A stretch of DNA of 64,000 nt. Origin: an uncultured Chloroflexia bacterium. GTDB taxonomy: Bacteria > Chloroflexota > Limnocylindria > Limnocylindrales > CSP1-4. The DNA lies in the NCBI GenBank assembly GCA_963819655.1, contig CAWFXA010000003.1, forward strand, positions 480,001-544,000, written 5' to 3'. Positions 47,821-60,768 of the stretch are shown piece after piece. How positions within the stretch are numbered: the stretch's first letter is position 1; every line of letters begins with the position of its first letter. Position numbers and translations under genes: made by a program. Under the pieces are notes generated by a model, which was not told the DNA's origin, did not search any database, and saw only the letters and a program-made list of their open reading frames with translations.

Positions 47821-47985
47821 ATGGGCTCACGCAATCGACCAGGCAGAGAGGCGAAGAAGAAGCCGAAGGCCAAACTCGCTCAACCGAGTCTGACGCCGCT
47901 CTCGGAACCACCGCAGAACGTCGAGGTGATCCGAAAGCCGCGCAAGGAGAAGCCAGTCGTCGAGGACGACACGGACGAGACCTGA
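47821..47985 (+). CDS. Small basic/acidic hypothetical protein (54 aa)
   Basis: GGAGG SD; MGSRNRPGREAKKKPKAKLAQPSLTPLSEPPQNVEVIRKPRKEKPVVEDDTDET*. Confidence 0.65.
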   Translation: MGSRNRPGREAKKKPKAKLAQPSLTPLSEPPQNVEVIRKPRKEKPVVEDDTDET

Positions 47986-48058
47986 CCGGCCGGACGGACG
48001 CCACCGTGGAAGGCTCCGCTGACGGGATGGACCGATCGATGAGGAGCGTGACGAACGG

Positions 48059-49114
<1,056 letters not shown>

Positions 49115-49237
49115 GTCGCCGCCATGCGGCCCGTCTGCGTCGTTGGGCCCTCCGCTCCGGCACTCACGCACCTTGAGGTGCGCTCGTACCGGTGCTCGGG
49201 CCCGCCTAGCATCCAGACCGCCTGACGCCGACCTACG

Positions 49238-49825
49238 GTGCCGCGTACGCGAGAGTCGTTCGCCGAGCGGCGCGAGCGGCGTGCCGCGGTCGACGACCCT
49301 GATGTCGTCCTGGAAGCGGCCGCCCGGTTTCTGGAGGCGCGGTCCCGGTCCGTCGCGGAGGTTCGTCGCAGGCTGACGACGGCCGGGTACCGAGCCGACC
49401 TCATCGACGGCGCCATTGCCCGGATGACCGAGCTCGGCATGCTCGATGACGAGACGTTCGCGCGAGCCTGGGTCGAGTCGCGCGACCGTGCGCGGCCGCG
49501 CGGCGAGCGGGCGCTGCAGAACGAGCTCCGGCTCAAGGGGATCGATCGCTCGGTCATCGAGCTCGTCCTGGCGGATCGACGCGACCAGCTCACGCCGGCC
49601 GACGACGCCGATGCGGCCCGTGTCGCGCCAGACCGTGCCGCGGCGGATCGGTTGATCGCCAAGCACACCCGGACCCTCGATCGGATCGCGGATCCACGCC
49701 GGCGGCGCGAGCGCGCCTATGCGCTGCTCGCCCGGAATGGGTTCGATCCCGAGACGTGCCGCGAGGTGGCTGCGGCGGTGATCGCGCGCGACACCGAGGA
49801 CCTGGACGGGAGCAGCCCGGACTGA
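49238..49825 (+). CDS. recX: Regulatory protein RecX
   Basis: RSVAEVRRRL, LDDETFA, ELRLKGI, LARNGF; follows recA. Confidence 0.92.
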   Translation: MPRTRESFAERRERRAAVDDPDVVLEAAARFLEARSRSVAEVRRRLTTAGYRADLIDGAIARMTELGMLDDETFARAWVESRDRARPRGERALQNELRLKGIDRSVIELVLADRRDQLTPADDADAARVAPDRAAADRLIAKHTRTLDRIADPRRRRERAYALLARNGFDPETCREVAAAVIARDTEDLDGSSPD

Positions 49826-50018
49826 CGCTCATTCGCCGAGGCTGGTACGGTGACCGCGGACACCGCATCGGACACCACCCGACCGAGCACGACCGCACCG
49901 GCCCCTGACCATCGTCAGGGTCGTGCGTCGAAGCCGCCGTCGGGATACTCGGTCCCGGTGCTGATCCCGGCGATCGCCGGTGACGTCCCTGACTCCGGGG
50001 GAAGGAGAACAGGACGCG

Positions 50019-50786
50019 GTGTATAGATCCATTCGACCGACCTGGGTGACTGCCACCTGGGTGGCGCTCCTTCTCGTCCTCGTCGCCTTCGCGGCGTCGC
50101 AGGCCAGGCTGCCCCAGGCCCCCCCGACCGGCATGGTCGCGGCGTTCGTCGACGTCAACGGCAACGACATCGACGACTCATGCGAAGACCCGGCGACTGT
50201 CGAAGCCGAAGCCGACCCGGATGCGGAGCAAGCCGCGGCGGAAGCCGTCGACCTTGACGGTGACGGGACGATCTCGGTCTCCGAGGCGGCGCAGAGCGAT
50301 CGCATCGGTGGCAAGAACTGCAACCACGGCGGCTACGTGAGTTGGGTCGCGCACGGATCGTGCCCGGACCCGGCCCCGGCCGAGCCTGTGACCGAACCGG
50401 TTACTGGGCCCGCCCTCGACGCCGCACCGGTGGCTGCTGATCCGTGTGCCGAGGCGCCGGCCGAAGAGCCGACCGCCGAGGCCGCTGCCCCTGTCACGGA
50501 ATGCGTCGAGATCCCGCCGCCGGAGCGCGATCCGGCTCTTGACGAGCAGAAGAACGGCCACGGCAAGTGGGTCTCGACCGTCGCGAAGTCCGACGCGATC
50601 GGTGGGAAGAACTGCAATCACGGCGGGGCCGTGAGCGAGGCCGCCAAGAAGGACAAGGAGGCCGCGAAGGCCGCCCGGGACGCCGCCAAGGCTGAACGGG
50701 ATGCCGCCAAGGCCGAGAAGAAGGCCGCACGCGAGGCCGCCAAGGCGGCCAAGGAGAACGGCAAGGGCAAGTCCAAGAACCACTAA
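50019..50786 (+). CDS. Secreted/anchored hypothetical protein with EF-hand-like loop and duplicated GGKNCNHGG motif
   Basis: N-terminal hydrophobic helix; DLDGDGTISVSE; two IGGKNCNHGGxVS units; Lys/Ala-rich tail. Confidence 0.75.
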   Translation: MYRSIRPTWVTATWVALLLVLVAFAASQARLPQAPPTGMVAAFVDVNGNDIDDSCEDPATVEAEADPDAEQAAAEAVDLDGDGTISVSEAAQSDRIGGKNCNHGGYVSWVAHGSCPDPAPAEPVTEPVTGPALDAAPVAADPCAEAPAEEPTAEAAAPVTECVEIPPPERDPALDEQKNGHGKWVSTVAKSDAIGGKNCNHGGAVSEAAKKDKEAAKAARDAAKAERDAAKAEKKAAREAAKAAKENGKGKSKNH

Positions 50787-50803
50787 GGGCCCCCGCACCA
50801 GAT

Positions 50804-50837
50804 CGACGACGGCGCCGTGCATGCGGCGCCGTCGTCG
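50804..50837 (+). terminator. GC-rich stem-loop after hypothetical gene
   Basis: CGACGACGGCGCCG / CGGCGCCGTCGTCG inverted repeat. Confidence 0.6.
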
Positions 50838-50864
50838 TGTGTGCGGGACACGGCTGGCGGCCGG

Positions 50865-50893
50865 TTGACCCGTCGGAGGCTCGGCCCTACGCT
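50865..50893 (+). promoter_or_regulatory. Sigma70-type promoter upstream of rny leader RNA
   Basis: TTGACC-17 nt-TACGCT. Confidence 0.65.
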
Positions 50894-50897
50894 AACC

Positions 50898-51070
50898 GGA
50901 CGTTCCAGACGCCCATAAACGGGTGTTTCGAACAGAAGCACCGGCCCGATCGCGGCCCAACGAGGGGGCCCGGACTGTCGTACCGACTGTCCGAGACCAG
51001 GCACCGCCATCGTGCGGCGCCCGTACCTCCTCGCCCCCCGTGATCGTGCCTTCGCACACGTGAAACGTCC
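50898..51070 (+). ncRNA. Candidate 6S RNA-like rod-shaped RNA upstream of rny
   Basis: About 173 nt; GGACGTT/AACGTCC closing stem, GAAGCAC/GTGCCTTC, GATCGCGG/CCGTGATC, CGAGG/CCTCG nested helices; starts at the predicted TSS. Confidence 0.5.
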
Positions 51071-51104
51071 GGCCGCATGATCCGGTCCGGATGGGAGGAA
51101 ACCG

Positions 51105-52634
51105 ATGGAGACACCGATCGTGGTGGCGGTGGCGTTGCTGGCCGCCCTCGGCGGAGCGTTGCTCGGCGCCCTGGTTCGAACGATGTGGGCATCGCAGGGC
51201 ATGAAGACCGCGCAGGCGGAAGCCCGCCGCATCGAGGCCGAGGCCCGCACCCGCCAGAAGGAACTGATCCTCGAAGCAAAGGACGAGAAGCTGCGCCTTG
51301 CGCACGAAGGGGAGGAAGAGGCGCGCGTCCGACGCAACGAGCTGACCGCACAGGAGCGCCGCCTGACGCAGCGCGACGAGCAGCTCGACCAGCGGACAGA
51401 GATGCTCGAGCAGCGAGACCGCAAGCTCCTCGATCGTGAGCGGGAGCTCGACAAGGCGAAGGAAGACCTCGTTCGCACGACACAGGAGCAGGTCGTGGCG
51501 TTGGAGCGCGTTTCGGGCATGAGCGCCGACCAGGCGAAGACCATGCTGCTCGACGCAGTCCGTGTCGAAGCCGAGCACGACGCGGTCAAGCTCGCCCGCG
51601 CCATCGAGCGATCCGCACGCGAGGAGGCTCAGGACAGGGCCCGCGACATCGTCCTGACGGCGATGCAGCGCGTCGCCGCCGACCACACGGCCGAGCACAC
51701 GGTGAGCGTCGTCCATCTGCCGTCGGACGAGATGAAGGGCCGGATCATCGGCCGCGAGGGGCGCAACATCCGGGCCCTCGAGCAGGCGACCGGCATCGAC
51801 CTGATCATCGATGACACGCCCGAGACCGTTGTCCTGAGCGGCTTCGACCCCGTGCGCCGCGAAGTGGCGCGCATCGCCATCACCAAGCTCATCGCCGACG
51901 GTCGGATCCACCCCGGTCGCATCGAGGAAGTCGTGGCCAAGGCGCGCGCCGAGGTCGATATCGTCATCCGCCAGGCCGGCGAACAGGCCGCCTACGAGGC
52001 CGGCGTGCCCGGTCTCCCGGCCGAGATCATCAAGCTGCTCGGCCGGTTGAAGTACCGGACCAGCTACGGGCAGAACGTGCTCAACCATGTCGTCGAGACG
52101 AGTCATCTCGCAGCGGTCATCGCCGCGGAGATGGGCGCCGACGTCCAGGTCGCGAAGATGGGTGGCCTGCTGCACGACATCGGCAAGGCGGTCGATCACG
52201 AAGTCGAAGGCCCGCATGCGGCTATCGGCGCCCAGATCGCCCAGCGCCACAACCTGCCGTTCAAGGTGATCAACGGGATCGCTGCCCACCACCAGGAGGT
52301 CGAATACGCCTGCCTGGAAGCCCCGATCGTCCAGGTCGCCGATGCGATCAGTGCGTCGCGGCCGGGTGCCCGCGGCGAGACCATGGACACGTATGTCAAG
52401 CGGCTCGAGGACCTGCAGGCGATCGCCGAGAGCTTCATCGGGGTCGAGAAGTCGTTCGCGGTCCAGGCTGGCCGCGAGGTCCGCATCCTGGTCCGGCCCG
52501 AGGAGATCGACGACTTGACCGCGACCCGCCTCGCCAGGGACGTGGTCAAGAAGATCGAAGAGCAGCTCACCTACCCGGGTCAGATCAAGGTCACGGTCAT
52601 CCGCGAGACCCGGGCCGTGGAGTACGCGAAGTAG
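51105..52634 (+). CDS. rny: Ribonuclease Y
   Basis: N-terminal TM, coiled coil, [13 protein letters not shown] (KH), LLHDIGK (HD), [12 protein letters not shown]. Confidence 0.97.
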   Translation: METPIVVAVALLAALGGALLGALVRTMWASQGMKTAQAEARRIEAEARTRQKELILEAKDEKLRLAHEGEEEARVRRNELTAQERRLTQRDEQLDQRTEMLEQRDRKLLDRERELDKAKEDLVRTTQEQVVALERVSGMSADQAKTMLLDAVRVEAEHDAVKLARAIERSAREEAQDRARDIVLTAMQRVAADHTAEHTVSVVHLPSDEMKGRIIGREGRNIRALEQATGIDLIIDDTPETVVLSGFDPVRREVARIAITKLIADGRIHPGRIEEVVAKARAEVDIVIRQAGEQAAYEAGVPGLPAEIIKLLGRLKYRTSYGQNVLNHVVETSHLAAVIAAEMGADVQVAKMGGLLHDIGKAVDHEVEGPHAAIGAQIAQRHNLPFKVINGIAAHHQEVEYACLEAPIVQVADAISASRPGARGETMDTYVKRLEDLQAIAESFIGVEKSFAVQAGREVRILVRPEEIDDLTATRLARDVVKKIEEQLTYPGQIKVTVIRETRAVEYAK

Positions 52635-52648
52635 ACACGTCCGCCGCC

Positions 52649-53507
52649 GTGGGGCGGACGCGCCTCGGGAACGTCGCGAACGGCGACGCGCCTCGGCCGA
52701 AGGGCGCCTGCCGCGTGCTGATGATCGGCGACATGATCGGCAAGCCCGGCCGTCAGGCCGTCGAGCGGCTCGTCCCCGAGCTGCGTGAGGCACGCGGCAT
52801 CGACTTCGTCACGGCCAACGGCGAGAACGTCGCGGGCGGGATGGGGCTGACTCCGTCGACCGCCGACGCGATCCTGGCCGCCGGCGTCGATGTCATCACG
52901 TCGGGCAACCACATCTGGGACAAGAAGGAGATCTACCCGTATCTCGAGTCGAACGAGCGGGTGCTCCGCCCGCACAACTACGGCACCCACGAGGTCCCCG
53001 GGCGGGGTTGGGGCACGTTCGACGCGCTCGATGGCTCGCACGTCGCGGTCATCAACTTGCAGGGCCGCACCTACATGCAGCCCATCGAGAACCCGTTCAC
53101 CGACGCCGATACGCTGCTCGATGAGGCGTCCTCGCCCGAGCCGCTGCCGCCGATCCGACTGGTCGACTTTCATTGCGAGCTGACGTCGGAGAAGAACGCG
53201 CTCGGGCTGTACCTGGACGGGCGCGTCAGCGTGGTCGTGGGAACCCATACGCACGTCGTCACCGGCGACGAGCGGATCCTGCCGGGTGGCACCGCCTACC
53301 AGACGGACCTCGGCATGACCGGCCCGGTCTGGAGCGTCATCGGGTTCGACCCGACGACGGTCCTGCCGCGGTTCATCAATGCGCTCCCGACGCGGTTCGA
53401 GGTGGGCGACGGTCCGGTCGTGTTCAACGCGACGCAGGTCGACATCGACCCGGCGACGGGCCGGGCCCTGGCCATCGAGCGGATCCAGCAGCTCGTGAGA
53501 GCCGTAG
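52649..53507 (+). CDS. ymdB: YmdB/TIGR00282 metallophosphoesterase (3' end probably affected by an indel)
   Basis: IGD, NGEN, TSGNH, DFHCELTSEK, GTHTHV, TDLGMTG; follows rny; nearest stop TAG at 53505 is out of frame. Confidence 0.9.
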
Positions 53508-53517
53508 TACGACGTCG

Positions 53518-54444
53518 ATGTCGGACCGACCGCGGCCGCGCCGCTCGCGCCGTCACGACCCGAGTGCGCGCGAAGGGGCGGTCGTACCGCCGGGTCCATC
53601 CACGGTCGACCTGCACACCCATTCGACACGGTCCGACGGGGTCCTCTCCCCGACCGACCTGATCCGCGACGTCGCCGCGGCCGGCGTCACGACGTTCTCG
53701 CTGACCGACCACGACACGCTTGCCGGCTACCGCGACATCGTTCGCGCCGACGCGGTTCCGCCCGGGATGACGCTCATCCCAGGCGTCGAGATCAATGCGC
53801 TGGTGACCCGCGACCTCGGCTGTGGGAGTGGGAGCTGCACATCCTCGGTTTCGGGATGGACCCCGACGACGAGCCCTTCGAGTCAGTGCTCGCCGCGCAG
53901 CGCTCCGCGCGCCGGGTCCGCTTCGAGAGGACGGTCGAGCTCCTGCGCGAGATCGGTCTGCCGATCGACGCGCAGGTCGCGGCGCTCGAGACCGGCGATG
54001 ACGATGCGCTCGGCCGCCCGACGATCGCCCGCGCCCTCATCGATGCCGGGTTCGCGACATCGGTCGAGGACGCGTTCAGCCGGATCATCGGGCACGGCGG
54101 CCCCGGCTACGTGCGACGCGCCGGTCTCGGTCCGGAGGACGCGATCGCGGCCATCCGCGCCGCCGGCGGGCTGCCGGTCCTCGCCCATTTCCGTGAAGGG
54201 CCGTCGCGTCCCGAAGTCGTGCGTGAGCTGGTCGAGGCGGGCCTCGGTGGCCTCGAGGTCTACTACCGGTCGTTCGACACGAGCACCGTTGCGGCGATGG
54301 AAGAGGTCGCGGCCTCGAACGGGCTGATCGCCACGGGCGGCAGCGACTATCACGGCGACCTCGGCCCGTACGCCGCGTCGCACGCCCAGCTGTGGGTGCC
54401 GCCGGAGGTGGGCGAGCGGCTCCTCGACGTCCTCGGATCGAGCG

Positions 54445-54473
<29 letters not shown>
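53518..54473 (+). CDS. PHP domain phosphoesterase (TrpH/YciV-like); frameshifted near 53821
   Basis: DLHTHSTRSDG, LTDHD, PGVEI in first frame; LHILG, VLAH, GLEV, TGGSDYHG in next. Confidence 0.87.
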
Positions 54474-55215
<742 letters not shown>

Positions 55216-55268
55216 GGCCATCGAGGATACGTGTCGCCTGGATCGTCGGCGCTACCATGGCGCGCACC

Positions 55269-56953
55269 GTGCATGACCCTCGCTCGGCCACGCGCTCGCT
55301 TCCGGTCCTCGACGCCGTGGCGCCCGTCGCACCCTCGGTGCCGCGCGTGCCGGTCGCGCCGGTCGATGCACCGCCTGACGGAGTACCGCCCCGAGGCGCC
55401 CGCGCTGCCGCGGTTCCACGTCTGGACGCTGGGCTGTCAGATGAACCGGAGCGACTCGGAGGAGATGGCGGGTCGGTTGCTGGCGGCCGGCTGCGAGGAG
55501 GCGCCGTCGTTCGAGGCGGCCGATCTCGTCGTGATCAACACGTGCGCCATCCGCGAGGGTGCCGAGCAGAAGGTGATCGGCCGGCAGGGCCACCTCACGC
55601 GCCTCAAGGCGGCCAACCCGGGCATGCGCGTGGTCCTGACCGGCTGCGCGGTTCGCGAAGCGGAGCGGGACGGCCTCCAACGCCGCTACCCGGCGGTCGA
55701 CCTCTTCCTGCGACCCGACGAGGAGCCGGAGCTCGTCGATCGACTCGGTCTCGCGTCGGCGCAGGGCGCGATCGGGTCGCTCGGGGCGTCGACACGCGGC
55801 GCGGTCGGCGCCACCATGACGGTGGGCCGCACGGTCGTCGGTGTCGCCGAGCGGCTCGCCGGCACGCGGGCCCGCGCCGTGGGGGAGGGGACCGTCGCGC
55901 GCGGATCGACGATCAGCGCCTGGCTCCCGATCATCTACGGCTGCGACAAGACCTGCACCTACTGCATCGTGCCGTTCAGCCGCGGTCCCGAGCGCAGCCG
56001 GCCGTTCGACGACATCGTCGATGAGGCGCGCTCCCTGGCGGCGGCCGGCTACCGCGAGGTGACACTGCTCGGCCAGAACGTGAACTCGTACGGCCACGAC
56101 CTCGCGCCCGAGGCGCGCTTCGCCCATGTCGACGCCGAGCGCTGGGCGGGCCGCCGACTCGACCTGCACGGACGGCCGGACCTCGCCGAGCTGATCCGCG
56201 CGATCGACGGCCTGCGGACCGCCGACGGTCACCCGGCGATCCCGCGGCTGCGGTTCGTCACGTCCCACCCGTGGGACCTGTCGGATCGGCTGATCGCGGC
56301 GCTGGCCGACTGCCCGAGCGTCTGCGAGCACCTGCACCTGCCGGTCCAGTCGGGCGACGATGCGGTCCTGCGTCGGATGGGCCGCCAATACACGATCGAG
56401 CACTACCGCGAGCGCCTCGACCGGATCCGCGAGGCCGTCCCCGGCATCACCGTCTCGACCGACGTGATCGTCGGGTTCTGCGGCGAGACCGAGGCGCAGT
56501 TCCAGCGCACGCTGCGGCTCCTCGAGGACGTCCGCTACGACCAGGTCTTCGCCGCGGCCTACTCGCCCCGGCCCGGCACGCCCGCGACCCGGCTTGCCGA
56601 CGACGTCCCGGCGGACGTCAAGCGGCGCCGGCTCAATGAGCTGCTCGCACTCCAGGAGGGCATCGGCCACGCGCGCAACGAGGCGTGGCTCGGTCGCGAC
56701 GTCGAGGTGCTCGTCGACACGATCACGCCGCCGCGAACCCACGATCACGACGCCGAGGCGGGAGCGGGCGCCGCCGCGTCCAAGCCGGCCGACGGTCGTC
56801 GGGCTGTCAGGCCGGACGCGTGGCAACAAGCTCGTCCACCTCACCGGAGAGCCCATCCTGCTCGGCCGCGAGGTCACCGTGCGCATCGCTCACGCCGGTC
56901 CGTACGCCCTCCGCGGGGCGGTCGTTACGCAGGAACAACCGACCGTCCGTTGA
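55269..56953 (+). CDS. miaB: tRNA-2-methylthio-N6-dimethylallyladenosine synthase MiaB; frameshift near 56795 (and probably near 55371)
   Basis: TLGCQMN, NTCAIRE, GCDKTCTYCIVP, LLGQNVNSY, HLPVQSG, YSPRPGTPA; TRAM domain (GRTRGNKLV) in adjacent frame; start uncertain. Confidence 0.9.
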
Positions 56954-57074
56954 CATCGGCGAGAACGCGCCGTTACCGTGACCCCTTCCGGAGGAGTTCC
57001 CAGCACGGACCGTCCGGCTGGATGGTGGTGCGAGCCATCACGGGTCCGTCACATGGTCGAGGAGGAAAAGCACC

Positions 57075-58814
57075 ATGGACTATTCCCGGCTTGATCCCGT
57101 GCGTCGATCGGTGACGCCGATCCAGCTCGATCTCGTCGAGTCGTTCGCGAACGGGCGCGATCACCCGACGCCAGTTCATCAAGCGCGCGTCGGTCATCGG
57201 CCTGTCGCTGTCGTCGGTCAGCGCGGTCATCGCCGCCTGCAGTCCCGGCACCCCGAGTGCGTCGGCGCCCGGCTCCGTGGCGCCCGGCGCGAGCGCGTCC
57301 GGCAGCGCCGCAAGCGCTGGCGTCGACCGGTGGCACGATCCGCTGCGCCATCCAGCGCCCCGTGTCGGTCGACCCGGTGGCGATGCAGGACCTCGGCGGC
57401 TACGGCATCGTCGCCCAGTCGTTCGAGTTCCTGATGCGCGCAGAGCACCGATCCCAACGATCCAGGCGGCCTGGACCCGGGCCTCGCCGCTCGTGGGAGT
57501 CCGAACGACGACGGCACGGTCTGGACGTTCAAGCTGCGACCCGAAGCCAAGTGGCAGCACGACGGCTCGCCGTTCACGTCGGCCGACGTGGTCGCGACGA
57601 TGGAGCGCCTCGTCGCGGCGGGCAACTCCGGCCTCAAGGGCGTGCTCGATCCGGGCGGCGCCGTCGCCACCGATGCGAACACCGTGACGTTCACCCTCGT
57701 CTCGGCCAACGGCAACTTCCCGTACCTCGTCTCGATCTACAACGCCCAGACGGTCATCACGCCGGCCGATTACGTCGCCGGGACGACCGCCGACGCGCGA
57801 CCGACCGGCACCGGTCCGTGGAAGCTGACGAACTACAACCAGCAGACTGGCGCGACGTTCGAGCGGAACACGGACTGGTGGGGCGGCCAGACGCCGCTCG
57901 ACGGCACCGAGTTCATCTTCTTCGATGAGACCGGTCCGATGATCACCGCCTACCAGGGCGACCAGGTCGACGCCATCGTCCAGTTCGACGTCCTGACCGG
58001 CGCCGCGCTGTTCAACGACCCGAACTTCACATTGATCGCCACGCCGGCGGCTCTCCATCGCCAGATCTGGATGCGTGTCGACAAGCCGCCCTTCGACAAC
58101 GTCAAGGTCCGCGAGGCGCTCGCGCTCACGTGGGACCGCGACGTGCTCATCCAGCAGCTGTTCCAGGGGCGCGCCGAGATCGGCAACGACCACGTCATCT
58201 GGCAGGGCTATCCGTACTACGACTCCTCGATCGCTCAGCGGACGCGGGATGTCGACAAGGCCAAGGCGCTGCTCACAGAAGCCGGTGCCAGCGACCTGTC
58301 GATCGTCCTTCACGCGGGCGAGCTGCAGGAGATCCCCGACCTCGCCGTGCTGATGAAGAGCCAGGCCGCCGAAGCCGGGATCACCCTCAATGTCGAAGTC
58401 GAGAGCCTGAGCACGTTCTATGGCGCGGCATGGTGCCCGGGCGACCCGGCCGATCCAAATAAGGCAACCGATCCACCGTGCGTCAATGCGGCGGAGCTCG
58501 GGATCGTGGACTACGGCCATCGGGCGACACCCGACGTGTACCTGAACGCGGCGCTCAAGAGCAAGGGCATCTGGAACTCGTCGCAGTACGACTCCTCGGA
58601 GTTCGACGCGGCGTTCGGTGAGTTCCAGGCCGCGGTCGCAGTCGACGCGCAGAAGGCGGCGTGCACGAAGATCGAGACGATCCTCAACCGGGACATCCCG
58701 GTCGGCCTGCCGTACTTCTACAACTACCTCGCCGGCAACTCGAACAAGTTCACCGGGGTGTTCTCGAGCGCCCTGGGCCAGATGTCCTTCGCAACGACCT
58801 CCAAGGTCGCCTGA
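57075..58814 (+). CDS. Tat-exported ABC substrate-binding protein, family 5; several frameshifts in 57150-57500
   Basis: GGAGG SD; TRRQFIKR twin-arginine and AAC lipobox in a shifted frame; WTFKLR, PTGTGPW, PFDNVKVREALA. Confidence 0.8.
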
Positions 58815-58895
58815 CCAGACACAGCTTGAGGGCGGTGGCGTCAGCCATCGCCCTCGTCCACCCATCTATCTGAGGGGACGGCGCGCGAGCACGCG

Positions 58896-59851
58896 ATGGC
58901 ACGTTTCATCACGCGCAGACTGCTCCTGTCTCTCCTCACGTTGTGGCTCCTCGCCACGATCGTCTTCATCATCGCGAACGTCCTGCCCAACGATGTCGGG
59001 CGGACGATCCTCGGGCCGTTCGCGCCGCAGGAGAGCGTCGACGCACTGAACGAGCGGCTCGGCACGAACCGGCCGATGTTGGAGCGCTACGCCGACACCA
59101 TCCTCGGCGCCGTGACCCTCGACTTCGGCGACTCGTTCGTCACCGGCAAGCCGGTCCTGCCGACGCTCGCCGAAGCGGTCGTCCGCTCGGCAAAGCTCGC
59201 GGGCCTGGCGCTCGTCATCACGATCCCGATCGCCATCGCCGCGGGCCTCTTCGCGGCGCGCCGGCGAGACCGACCGGCCGACCGAGCCGTCGTGCTGCTC
59301 GGGCTGACGTCGTCGTCGATCCCCGAATTCGTCACGGGCACGATCCTGGTGGTCGTCGTCGGTGTGCAGCTGCAACTGGCTGCCGTGTCCTCGCGATCCC
59401 ACCGCGGGGTGCCGACCCGCTGACCGAGCTCCGGTACCTGCTGATGCCGGCGCTGGCGATGGCGATCGTGTACTTCGGGTACATCGCGCGCATGACCCGG
59501 GCGGGGACGATCGACGTCCTCCAGTCCGACTACACGCGGACGGCGACCATGAAGGGCCTGACGACCGGCCAGGTGATGACCCGGCACGTGCTGCGCAATG
59601 CGCTGATCCCGACGGTGGCCGTCATCGCCGTGCAGATCGGCTACCTGTTCGGCGGCATCATCGCCGTCGAGCGGATCTTCAACTACAACGGCATGGGCCA
59701 GACGATGCTGTTCGCGGCACAACGCAAGGACATCCCGACGCTGACCGCAGGCGTCATCATCATCGGCATCGTGTACATGCTCGCGACCCTGGTCGCCGAC
59801 CTGATCATCGCGTGGATGAACCCGCGCATCCGGCTCGACGCGGAACGCTGA
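58896..59851 (+). CDS. ABC transporter permease (OppB/DppB-like); frameshifted near 59385
   Basis: FITRRLL, DFGDS, SIPEF then ARMTR, TATMKGL, HVLRNAL, NPRIR in adjacent frame. Confidence 0.88.
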
Positions 59852-60768
59852 TGGACGTCCCGATCGCGCCCGTACCCGCCGCTGCGCCGGTCACCGTCGG
59901 TGGCGTCTCCGAGAGGTCGCAGGCCCGCCGCGAGACCATCCGCCAGCTGCTGCGCCGGCCGGTCTTCCTGATCGGGATCGTGGTCCTGCTCGGCTGGGTC
60001 CTGACGGCCATCCTCGGCGAGCGGATCACCCCATACGACCCGTTCAATGACTTTTTCCTGAACCATCAGCCGCCCGGGTATGTCACCCGAGGGGACGTGA
60101 CTGAACTGCACCTGTTCGGGACCGACCGGCTGGGGCGCGACGTGCTCTCTCGGGTGATGGTCGGGTCGCGCGATGTGCTGATCGTGGCGCCGCTTGCGGC
60201 CATCTTCGGCGTCACTGCCGGCACGCTGCTCGGTCTGATCATGGGCTTCTACCGCGGGATCATCGATGACGTGCTCAGCCGCCTCGTCGAGGCGTTCCTG
60301 GCGCTGCCGGTGATCCTGGTCTCTCTCCTGACTCTCGTCGTGCTCGGCCCCTCGCCGTTGGTCGTCGTCGGGGTGGTCGGGATCCTGTTCACGCCGATCG
60401 TCGCGCGGACCGTGCGGTCCGCCGTGCTGTCCGAGCGGCAGCTCGACTACGTCACGTCGGCCAAGCTGCGCGGCGAGACCGGGCTGTTCATCCTGTCGCG
60501 CGAGATCTTCCCGAACGTGCTCGCCCCCGTGGTGGTCGAGCTGACCGTGCGGTTCGGCTACGCGATCTTCACGGTCGCGACGCTGTCGTTCCTCGGCGTG
60601 GGCATCCAACCGCCGTCGCCCGACTGGGGGTTGACCATCGCCGACGAATACTCGTACATGATCGCCGGCGTCTGGTGGTCGACGCTGTTTCCGGCGCTGG
60701 CCATCGCCAGCACCGTGGTCGCGATCAACTTCATCGCGGATTCGCTCCAGGCGGTGTTGTCCGAATGA
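59851..60768 (+). CDS. ABC transporter permease (OppC/DppC-like)
   Basis: HLFGTDRLGRDVLSR, LSFLGVG, PDWG. Confidence 0.92.
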   Translation: MDVPIAPVPAAAPVTVGGVSERSQARRETIRQLLRRPVFLIGIVVLLGWVLTAILGERITPYDPFNDFFLNHQPPGYVTRGDVTELHLFGTDRLGRDVLSRVMVGSRDVLIVAPLAAIFGVTAGTLLGLIMGFYRGIIDDVLSRLVEAFLALPVILVSLLTLVVLGPSPLVVVGVVGILFTPIVARTVRSAVLSERQLDYVTSAKLRGETGLFILSREIFPNVLAPVVVELTVRFGYAIFTVATLSFLGVGIQPPSPDWGLTIADEYSYMIAGVWWSTLFPALAIASTVVAINFIADSLQAVLSE

